Assembly: GCF_008831285.2 (NCBI RefSeq) | Contig: NC_045138.2 | Location: forward strand, 1,364,001-1,428,000 | Direction of reading: 5' to 3' | DNA: 64,000 bases | DNA from: Nymphaea colorata | Taxonomy: Eukaryota | Shown here: in pieces, positions 42,001 through 52,200 of the stretch | Position numbering within the stretch: position 1 is the first letter of the stretch | How the letters are laid out: each line of letters starts with the position of its first letter | Notes under the pieces: model-generated | Told to the model about the DNA's origin: nothing | Databases searched by the model: none | Seen by the model: only the letters and a program-made list of their open reading frames with translations | Translations under genes and position numbers: made by a program

Positions 42001-44944
42001 GCATGAAATATGCCTATTAGTTAGTTAAACACAATTACATGATCAACATTGACCTTTCGGAACTACAGAGGCAATGATGCTAATAATCTACCAGTTACAT
42101 ACTTTAAAAATCTCATTGACTTGTTTGCATTTCATGATATTTCTATGATGTCCTTAATAAATGTTTGAAAAAATCATGTCATACACAAACAACAAGAGAG
42201 TATTTCTATTGGCATGCCTAAGATACATCAGTATAGTTTCAAGCCAGTGACTCAACAGAAGCAAGAAAGGACAGATCGAAATGCAATCCCAACTGGCAAT
42301 CCAAGAACCATGAGAAACAAGTGTTAGAATAGCATCAAGATGTAGCGTGAAAAAATTGTATCTAACAATCATCTGAAGATCTTGTCTTCCAGAAGACCAA
42401 GTGGCCAAACTATATAATAAGGCTGAAGGCCAATTAGCTTCAAAAAAACCTGTGGGTAAGTCACTTCTGAGTTTGAAGAGATTGCCACAACCGCAACACC
42501 CTTCTGCAATACCAGACAAAACTTGAGATAATCAGTATTAGATGCACCAAGCAAGAAACCATCTCAAAGTAAAATGCTATCTCACGGATATTTGTTCTTC
42601 TATTTTTCTTCTTCTCAGTCAATGTTGGGTTATTACAGGATACTAGTCGTGCACATGGTTAAACCACAATATAAAGTGGAAAGCAAACCAGCGCATCATT
42701 ACCTCCTTATAATCACGTGCTAACCTCGCAATGTCTTTCTTCAGGTGCACCACAAATGGACAGTGATTGCAAAGAAACATTACCTGCACAATTAACTCCT
42801 TAGCAAACTACTCTATAAACCATAACATAAATAAAAGCAAATATATGGCTAAGAAAACCGATAAGAACAAGCTGATACTGAATTTACTGCACGAGCAACC
42901 TTGTTTTAGAAAATATATGAAATAGATCTCTACTAGCAAGAAAACCACATGGCATGCTTGCAGACAAATTCCATATGGAATTTTCTAGAAACACTATGTA
43001 ACACAGGTACATGAGAAAGGGTATTGTACTCATGTTCATAAGTTCTTAGACACAGGTATGGCTGACCATTTGGGTACTTTTTAGATCATACTTGGGTCAG
43101 GCCCAGCATCCAAACCCATACTGCCCTGTCTGCATTTGCACCTGCACTCATGTGACTTAGAACAAAAGAGTTTCTTGTAGCATTCAATTATGGACAAGAA
43201 TTGGATGATATGTCCACAATGTGGTATCCCAATATCAAACCCAATTGCAGAAGTTAATTCCTGCAACAAAATCAAGTTAGTGACTTTTCTCTTCTCCCTT
43301 TTCTCCTTCAAAAGATACTTGTAAGGGAAGGAGACAAGTTTTAGGTTCATGTACATTAAGATGCTAAAGCAGAAATCGTTCTTCCAACCACTCCACTTTA
43401 TTGAGAAGGCTATGAACTGCTTTATTCCAGACTATGTTACATGGGTATGGTGTGCAGGTGCGGGATGCGGCAGGTTCCCAAAAAGATTGGGTGCAGGTGC
43501 AGTGAGAGGATATAAATATATATATACATTTATATATGTTATCTGTTATATAAGTAATTTTATTTGTCTATATTTTTAAACTTTTTTTTATCAAGATTAC
43601 CTTAATCTCATATAAAATTCAAAGTTTTATTAAATAAAATAGCGGAGGAGAGAGACAAGAGGGAAAACAGAAGATGGAAAGATGGGAAAAGGACAAAAAG
43701 CAAAGAAAAGAAGAACAGGTGCAGTCAGCAACACCCGATCTGACTTGACCGAGTCAGGTGCCCTGTCGGGCCGCACCGACGCGGGTGTGCCACCATATTT
43801 GGCGTACCCGTGTGACTTAGATTCCAGAATATGCAATGAATGATAATGAGTCAAGTAGCATGAACTATGAAAAGTTGAAAACTATCGATGTTGGAGTCTG
43901 TGCAGCATTAAGATGTAGTAGGAGGTAAGCACTCTCTCTCTCTCTCTCTCTCTTTTGATACTAAAATCATTAATACCTTCTGTCCTTCTGTGCCCACAGT
44001 ATCGATTGTCCAAAGATTTGGTAGGAGGACAACTTAATGATCCGTTGCCGTAAACTCAATTTTCTGTTGAGGTCACATTCCAAGGTTATGGTGGTAGCCA
44101 TCCAATCCAAATTGAGGTCAACAGCTACAGACATGAAAGAGATAAGTTCTTCTAAATGTCAGTCGCCATCTACAGTCCACCGAAACAACTACAGCTCAAC
44201 AGCTTCCTTCAAATTGATCTCTCACCTAAAAGATGCATTTATTGATTGATATGGGAGGAATTGAAAACATCCTCTTTCTGATGAACGGATTCCTGTGTTC
44301 CAGGAATTCCAAAACCCCACAAGAGCATTTGTTATGCTGATTCCAAACTCTCATTCTCTGACCCAAACGAGTCGCGAAACTAGTACTTCATCGCCCAGCG
44401 GCACATTTGTGTTCATTTTAGCGAGCCGGCATCGACTTCCTCAAAATTGACTGATGTGTTCTTAGTTGTTTACATAATCATTCAGCTATTGGACAGATGT
44501 TTGAACAAAAAAAAAAAAACAAGAAAACAAAAACAAAACAGAAAAAATCATACGTCGTCATTAACCACGGACAAGTTCATCGATCAAAAACCAAGGTCGG
44601 TCAGGAGAGCAATAATGAAGGCATCAACTCTTCCACATAAGCAAACACTCGAGAAAATTCACGACTAAGACAAACAAAATTATTACCAGGAGTCCAGAGT
44701 GAGACTCAAAATCTTCCAGTTTCCATACTTTGTCCGTCAGTGGCTCAGGCAGCTAAAGAAACAAAAAGATTACAAATTTAAGATCATAATAATTCGCTAA
44801 AACAACCATGTCAAATCTCATCCCAACTGCATCAGACGGAATAACAAAAATGATCCGTCAATCAATAATTCAAAAATCATCAAAAAATAGAACCTCGAAA
44901 TGGGGAGCGGGAGAACCGAGCGGGAGGCCACCTGACTTCGCCAT
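36013..44944 (-). CDS. Thioredoxin-fold AhpC/TSA (peroxiredoxin-like) family protein, 187 aa; exons 44944-44894, 44752-44687, 42783-42703, 42503-42450, 40765-40697, 38853-38791, 36911-36829, 36733-36668, 36043-36013
   Basis: All introns are GT-AG and the frame is preserved: MAKSGGLPLGSPAPHFE/LPEPLTDKVWKLEDFESHSGLL/VMFLCNHCPFVVHLKKDIARLARDYKE/KGVAVVAISSNSEVTYPQ/DGPKFMAEDAKTFDYPFPYLYDK/SQDIARAFQAVCTPEFFLFKK/DVGKPFDLFYHGRFDESRPGNNVPVTG/SDLSLAVDCLLGGRPFPNPQRP/SIGCSIKWHP*. The CNHCPFV, CTPEFF and GCSIKW motifs match the family of Arabidopsis AT1G21350 as I recall it. Confidence 0.93.
37036..38629 (+). mobile_element. Degraded Ty1/copia retrotransposon (RT, truncated RNase H, PPT, 3' LTR) in intron 6 of the thioredoxin-fold gene
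   Basis: NAFLYGDL, KQSPRSW, IIVYVDDIIL, KDLGPLRYFL and SQRKY RT motifs with stops and frameshifts. RNase H start (EADY...DDRK...GFCIFVGGNLIAWLSKK). Purine tract agaggaag then TG..CA LTR-like 38447-38629. No gag, integrase or 5' LTR seen; the left boundary is approximate. Confidence 0.9.
41481..41615. repeat. Degenerate ~70-bp tandem duplication in an intron
   Basis: ttaagca..gaggg(c)cttga..t.tcagctttt...ctcatctaa...ataagcat occurs twice. Confidence 0.7.
43432..43820. mobile_element. hAT-type MITE (CTA(T/A)GT(T/C)AC TIR) in intron 2 of the thioredoxin-fold gene
   Basis: ctatgttacatgggta ... tacccgtgtgacttag. Perfect 8-bp TSD attccaga at 43424-43431 and 43821-43828. Related ends at 42994-43160 and 50797. 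Confidence 0.88.
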
Positions 44945-45031
44945 GAATGTGGATAGAGAGTGGATTCAAGCGAAAGAACGAGGGTACTATCGGAACAAGG
45001 AACGCATCCTCTCGGGAGTTCCATCCGGGTG

Positions 45032-45041
45032 GTATTTATAG
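45032..45041 (-). promoter_or_regulatory. TATA box of the thioredoxin-fold gene
   Basis: Minus-strand CTATAAATA about 90 nt upstream of ATG 44944. Confidence 0.6.
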
Positions 45042-45284
45042 GGCTCCGGTGGCAATACGGTTTCCACAAATAAATTATCAGAAAGAGACATTTCTCAAAA
45101 CCACATCAAAATTCCTCAAAATGTGAATTTACAAACAATTTTATCTTAGCGCCTTATAGTTTTACCAGGAGCACGAACCGTATGTCACGAGTTCGATTCC
45201 GGAAGACACCGTCCCCATAAGCCTTGGTGGGGCACGCTTTCCACAATGAAATTTTCCAAATTTCAATTTAAAGGAAATCTCTAA

Positions 45285-45892
45285 TGCTTTGTTTCGATGG
45301 AGAAAATGAAGGAAAAGAACAATAAATCAAGAACAATAAATCATTTGTTCAGTCAATTTTATTTTTTGTTTGGTTGATTAACAAAGAAGAAATAAAAGAA
45401 AAGCAAAAAACTTATTTGATTGTAAAGGAAGGAAAATAAAGATGAGGGAATGAAAATTATGTTTTAATGTAAATTCAATCAATTTAAAATTGAAGGGATT
45501 AAAAATAAAATGAAAGATTTATCGGTATATACTCTTTATTTCTTTTTGTGCATGCATGAAAAAAGTTTTACATTATAGCATTATCTTTTTCAATTCAGAG
45601 TCTCCTTTTACCACATAAACCATCACAACAAAAAAAACTTGTTAGGTTTGTCTTTTTTTTTTTCTGTTTATATTTTTACCACCGTTCACGACGCCCCTTT
45701 TCTTTTTCCATTGTTGGTGCATACTATAATGTAAATTATTAGTTTTATATCATTTATGTATCTAAACAAACATAATTTTAACAATCTATTATTTTATATT
45801 CAAACAAATGTTATAATTACTTTTTTATTGTGTTTTCTTTTCCTTCCAATAGTATTTTCTTTTTATTTTCCTCAATCCAAAGGTTGCTTGAT
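45285..45892. mobile_element. Probable Harbinger-type MITE between divergent transcription units
   Basis: tgctttgtttcgatggagaaaa ... ttttcctcaatccaaagg. A-rich left half and T-rich right half, similar to 32664-32920. Confidence 0.4.
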
Positions 45893-46739
45893 TGTTGTAG
45901 ACAGGAACGAAGCCTGTGTGTGTTTGTCAATGGAGAAAAAACACAAGTTAGAGAGTCAAAATGTCTTGAAAACTTGTTTTGTTTGGTCAAATGACTAAAT
46001 TCAGCAAGTGTTGTTCCATGGCCTTGGTTGTTATTAACGTGTGTTCTGGTGGTGATGGTTAAGGTCGAACTCCTACCGTCTACTCACTCTTCTTTTCTCC
46101 CCGTTGAGCTGAAAATCAGGATTTCTGTTCGGACCTCGAAGGGTCCGACTTTTTCTCTGGTAAAAAAAATTTTTGCCATTCACCGCACGCTGCGTCTGGC
46201 TTTCGCTCACAGCTGCCGCGGCCGTGGTTGTTGTGGCCTTCGCTCTCCACGAGCTTCTCCGAACGCAGCGGACGGCACCGGCGCCGGAGGTCGGCAAGTC
46301 TGTCCCTCTTCCACTCTTCTTCTTCTTCTACGTCGTTTTGTTTTTCTTCTGCCCCTTTTCTTCTTCTTCTTCTTCTTTGTCTGGTTCAGCATTTGGTTAC
46401 ATGCGTTTCTGTAATTTGTCGCAGAGGCGCCTTTCACAAGGTGGAAACCTTTTGCATCTCACAAGGTGGAAACCTTTTGCATCTAACAAGGTAGATCCCT
46501 CTTTTCCCTTCCTCTCTCCTCTTACTTAAGGCGAAAGTTTCCGCTGGTCTTGCTTTTCCCGGTGCTCTTCTTCCCGAATCCTCCATTGGAGGCCTTTTGG
46601 GTTTTCAGTGGATCCATGTCTCGTTAGGAGCTTTGCATTTAGGAAATTGTTGGGTTGTCTGTATGGTTCTGGAAATTGGGTATTTGAGGTAATTCAGGGT
46701 TGTGGGGGAAATCGAGCTGGGATGCAGAAAAAGAGGGAA

Positions 46740-46835
46740 ATGGGAGAGTTGTATATGAGCCAGCTGCCTGGACAGTTCTATTGCTGTAAAACATGCCATT
46801 ACCATGTTGCTTACATTGATGGCATCGTTTCCGGG
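46740..46835 (+). pseudogene. Isolated Yippee/YPEL-like first coding exon (32 codons); truncated gene or uORF
   Basis: MGELYMSQLPGQFYCCKTCHYHVAYIDGIVSG aligns without gaps to the plant Yippee N-terminus as I recall it (MGRLFLVNLEGKxYSCKHCxTHLALxDDIVSK, first CxxC). It is followed by a phase-0 GT at 46836 and preceded by acceptor ttcag|g at 46697/46698. No second-CxxC exon found. Confidence 0.7.
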
Positions 46836-47357
46836 GTATATTTTCACGTTCCGTCAGACATTTTTTTGTTTCTATCGCGTGTCTGTATTACTTGGTTGAT
46901 TCATCTGAGTTTTTGTTAACAGTTACTGATTTTTGTGGGTTCTTGGTGATGGGTGTTGTGGTGCCCAGGCCTCTGGTTGTTGTGTTGGATTCGTATTTTC
47001 TTCTCGTTCTTAGTTGTTGATATTGTTTTCCGATTATTGGTTTGGATACTGGTAGTTGTGAATTTTGGTTTTCAAGTTTGATGGCCGTATGGAAGGTTAA
47101 GGTGCTTTGACGAGTACTTTTCTTCATTTTGTTTCTACTAGTTAATGGATCTCTAGTACAGGGACCAGAGAAACTGCTTACCAGAGAAACTGCTTAGTGG
47201 ATTTGGTTGATCTCTTGAATCATTATTTGAAAAATATATGATTTCATACGTCTGTAAGTAGGAAAACATAGAGCGTTTCTTCATGTCTGCTGTTACTTTA
47301 ATTGCAGTGTTTAGACATTCCTACATCTATAAGTCCTATTAGAGTTGACATTACTCA

Positions 47358-47391
<34 letters not shown>

Positions 47392-47392
<1 letters not shown>

Positions 47393-48283
47393 AAACTGAA
47401 ACCTACCCACTGGTCTAGGTACCCCACCTTACTCACTAAAAATAAGTATAAAGTAATAAAACCCTTTTCTTTCCTTTTGTAGGCCTGCCTAAATCCCTCC
47501 TTCTTTCCCCATGCCCTCCAACCTCTTTCGCCTTCCTTTCGTGAATGCCCCTTGCATCACTTCCATTTCTGCCCCACAGCAGCAACCTTCTTTCCGTGGC
47601 TGCATTCCTACCTACACGGAAAAGAAAAACTTAAGAAAATGAAGAGCAAAGCAATTACAGGTGTTCATATTTTGTCCAATTTTATGCTCAAGAGTTAAGA
47701 CTAATTCAGGCTAGTGTAATTTGATGCTGAAAATCCATGATTGAACAACCAAGAACCCATGATTGAGCATACAGGGGTTGTTGATTTTTCAATCCCACAA
47801 AATGCTGTTTTGTTGTTGAAAGCCCATGATTCAACAGTCATGATTGAACACAGTATCTGTTGATCTGGTTTGTTCTGGCTGCTGATAACAACCACATCCC
47901 TTTGTCAAGACCAGAAGGTTTTAAGGCTCGCTGAAGTTACAGGAGGTGACTCTTCTTCTACAATGGCTAGAGGAAATGAAGTGGCAGATAGAGAAGAATT
48001 TACGATTTTAACAATAAAACGAAAACCCAAAAACATGAGGAGTCCGACGGGTCTCAATGCCATCAGCAAATAATCTATACCCCTCCTGGCAATGGTGAGA
48101 ATACAATCATGGAAAGAAGGTTATTGTAGCAAACAACAGCTGAAAGTTAGAGGTCTAATGGGAAGAAGAGGTAAAGTTGGACAGGGCTAATGGGCATGTG
48201 GGAGGAAGGATGAACTAGGAAAGGTAAAAGAGAAGGCTTTTACAATTTTCTGAAGTAGGCATGATTGGGGGTGTTTAATTTTC
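47392..48283. mobile_element. Degenerate long-TIR (Mutator-like, possibly Pack-MULE) element
   Basis: Imperfect inverted repeats over about 200 bp: gaaactgaaacctaccca / tgggggtgtttaattttc, and 47581-47612 agcaaccttctttccgtggctgcattcctacc versus 48094-48127. No TSD or transposase recognised. Confidence 0.5.
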
Positions 48284-49202
48284 ATGTAGAGAAGAATCAA
48301 ATCCTATGTACAACAATCGTACAAACCCTGCATATCCTCCATGATGCACCTTGGCATGTCAGCACACCATACACTCTCTCCCATTTTCAATAAAGAGGTA
48401 TGCAGTTTTCTAACAAGTACGATAATATATATATATATATATATTTTGAGAGAGAGAGAGAGAGAAATGCCCAAGACCAGCTCTCTGTCTCTCTCCCTCT
48501 GTGAAATATAAACATAGATCTCATTGTTAACATATGCATTCATGAACATCACTAGCGGAGAACTTGCTTTTTATTTTTTAGTACTTATTAAACAAAGCAG
48601 AATGCGTGCATTAGAAATTGGAATTTGACAATTGTATATTTATAGACACACACTCACACATATGTACGGCCCTGCTAGAGCTTGAGTTGCTTGAGAGTGT
48701 TTTTATGCCAACACTCATGTAATGTAGGGTAGGACTTGCTAGTTCAAGCCTGGTTTCTTACGTTCACCACTAGCTTGGAGCTTGAAAGTGGGTTTCACTT
48801 TTTTTTTTTCGAAATATCTACCCTACAATGCTTGTTGGTATATTAACTCTGAAAGGTTGTTTATATCTTAACTTCAAACACATCAATAGATATTTTTGAT
48901 AATTGTCGTTAGCAACATTCTTTTTAGGTTTTTGGTTATGAATGCCTGTATTTGTGCGTAACTTCATTTCTTTTGGTGTTTCTTTTCTTTTTTCTCTACT
49001 GCTTTACTTGTTGTAAGTTGTAACATTTGATAACAACACTAGATCCGAGTTTTGGTTTCTCTGGTGAGCGTTTGCAAGAAATTAGCATTTTTTCCCTTGT
49101 GTCACTTGAAGTGCGATTAAGATTTTGTTTACATATTAATGTGGATATTGCACTTCTTTGCTGCAGAGTTCGGAAAAGGAATAGGAAGTTTCTTTAAACA
49201 TA

Positions 49203-52200
49203 ATGGGAAGAGTTAAATTAAAAATCAAGAAGTTGGAAAATAGCAATGGCAGACAAGTCACATACTCCAAAAGAAGGGCAGGGATTGTGAAGAAAGCTAA
49301 GGAACTTTCAATACTATGTGACATTGATATCATCCTTCTTATGTTTTCACCAACTGGAAAAGCTACATTATGCCATGGAGAGAGAAGGTAAAGATTCATT
49401 TTTCTTTTCCATATTAGGTAATTTCATTTTATCTCTTGTTAGATGATATGAGAAGTTTTATTGTGTCTGTGTTAATTTTTTTTTTTCCTTTTTGTTTGAT
49501 GAATGGGTTAGGCAGTTCTCTACTGGATTGTGCCCAGGGCAGACTTTGGAGATGAAACTCTCAACTTCCTTTAGTTGAAGGTTTTCAGTCCACTCCTGGG
49601 CCTGGTGGAAGGAGTTATTGTTTCCTGTTAATTTGATTAGACCGAGACTTTGTGTTTGCTTTACTTCGATTTTTACTTTATGATGTTGTCACATAACTAA
49701 AAGATCACAATCATCTATTCTTTATCCATTGGTTCATTGGTCATTTTCCATGCTGCTATTGCCTTGGTTTGTTGTATTTAATCATGTTACCCGTTGATGT
49801 GATCACTGACCAAAGTTTTTGAATCAATAGACTTGGTCTTTGAAAATCTTCAACTGTCATGTTGCTATGTTAGGAATTGGTTGGGCAAGTTCCTTGAATG
49901 TTTGTTGTAGTTTGCAAGAATAAAGGCTAAGGAAAAATGAGTGGGAGTAAGTTACATTAAGAATCAGAAAAAGAGTAAGAACATGTGGACAACAAGTCTT
50001 TGAATACTTTATTTCCTTATTCTTTCTATCAAAATTATACTTTGTCTTCCTTCTCTCTCTGTTATCAACTTTTGGAGCCAGACAGTCTGATCCCTTCAAG
50101 CAAGTTGGATAAAAAAACGTCAGCAGCAGTGAAATAAGTTAAACTAAGAATTAGGAGGATAATCACAAACAACTTGGCCTCACAAAGAAGAATGCAGGCC
50201 ATTGTCCAAGGAACAAGGAAGCTTCATGAATGCTGGGGAAGTGCTCAGTCAAAGGGCACTTGAATTCTATCGTGATAACCAACTCCTCCCTTACTCTTAA
50301 TGCTGACCTGCTTTTATGCGCACATGGTAAAGAGCACAGCGAAAGAAAAGTTGGGACGCCGAGAGTCAAAACCCTGACAGAGGACAAAAGCAAACTGCTG
50401 AAACCTAGAAGTTACGAACAGAAAAAACAGTGAATACTCTAGAGGCAGGACCCATGAGACCAGATTCACTGAAAGCAAACGCCCCCACCCCACCACCCCA
50501 ACAAAAAAAAAGGAAAAAAAAAAGAAAAAAGAAAAAAAGAGGGATGATAATACCACACGTGACCATTAGCCTGTGGCGATCTTTGTGAATAAATGGGTGG
50601 GCTCTTGCTCCCCAGCAATTTCCATGGGAAGTTAAGCTAAGAAGTAGAAAAAGAGTAAGGAAGTCTTTTTGAGTACTTTCTCTCCTTGTTCTTTCTGTTT
50701 CTCTCTCCGTTATCAACTTTTAGAGCCAGCAGGTGATCCTTTCAAGAAACTTGAAAAGAAAAATTGGCAGCAGTGAAATAAATGTATCCTAAATGCTATG
50801 TCACATGGGTACTGGTGTGGGGACAGCTGCAAAGGAATTTCATAGGAGGAGTGAGAAGGATGAGATATGGCCTACCCATCTCAGTCCTCAAGATCCTTGT
50901 CCCCAAGTCAACCCCTCCCCCTATGTGGATGGTAAGCTTAGATGTAAGGACATGCCAGGCTCAAGGTATCTAGGGTGTCAGGGGCTTCAGGATGCTTACT
51001 TGGAGATCCGGCATCCAGTTACATTCTGGAGACCCACAGCCTACGCGTTATGAGTTTTTTAGCAAGTAAAAATTAATTTTATGTGCAGAGAAAGTCACTA
51101 AACAGTCTAAGCTATTAAGTTTATTATGACTCACTTAACAACACAAAACTTCTGAGTTTATGAATTTAGACATCCATGGATTTGAGTGCATATTCTTTAA
51201 GTATTTTTTTTAAATTTTTTTGTTCGTTAAGAACTCTATTATATTTTTATTTCTATTTTCCTTTTATCCAGTCTATGAAAGGCTATTTAGAGAACTGTCA
51301 ACTTGTTGAATTAGCGATTTTCTTTATTAATAATATGAAGCAGTACCTACTTTCGTAATTTTTGAGGTAATTCAGTATCCATTGCTTCCTATTCTCATCT
51401 TACTGAAGGTACTAGATTTTTGTTTAAAAATAATAAACTAGTGACTTTGCATGCTTATCTTTTGAGGTAACTCTGAATTTGTTAATTCCTATTCTGATCT
51501 TACTGAGGGCAACAGATTTTTGTTTAAAATTAATAAACTAGTTTTTGTGTATGTGCATGCTTAATCTTTGAGGTAATTCAGAATTTTGTTGATTCCTATT
51601 ATCATATTACTTAGGGTTGTATTTGTTTTAAAAATAATAAACTATTGCATGTGGGCGAGTCTTTTTGTTCAAAGATAATAAACTAGTGAGAAAGAGAGAG
51701 AGGAGATGGGGGTCAAATGTCTTTATATAGTCTAAAGTACATCAGAAAATTTTTAGTGTCTATTTTAACTTTCTGATGATCATGCATTTATTTTTTGTGC
51801 TATAATGCCATAAATGGCTCCTGTGAAAATTATAGATTGATCCAAGATATGTTTCTGTGGTGTTCTTCCTTCTCTCAAATATATCTTTGATTGTAAAATA
51901 GATTCTTCATGTTACACATATGTTATATCTAGAAAATAACTGTAGCATTTATTTAGACTCTCATCTCTTGCTAATTTATTTTTTCCTCTGTAACATACTC
52001 GATTACTGCATTTGTAGCAGATACCTACAAGATAACATCCAGACTAGTGGAACTGAAACTCACCATTCGGGAAGGCCTATCCTTTACTTTTCTTTTCACT
52101 CTCTACATGATATGTTTCAATTACCATTATCAATGGTTCTTCTTGACATTAAATGAACAGAAGTTTTGCAAACCGGTGGAAGGAAAACCAGAAAAGTCAT

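Noticed and set aside
44278..44361. C/D snoRNA-like TGATGA...CTGA
   Set aside because: Antisense to the host intron, with no terminal stem or recognisable guide.
45150..45240. tRNA B-box-like GAGTTCGATTCC (also on the minus strand at about 19145-19165)
   Set aside because: No cloverleaf or convincing A box. At most these are SINE relics.
46028..46529. Overlapping ORFs of 74-128 aa in the CpG-rich leader
   Set aside because: Mostly non-ATG starts, running through CTT repeats. Better explained as 5' UTR and intron.
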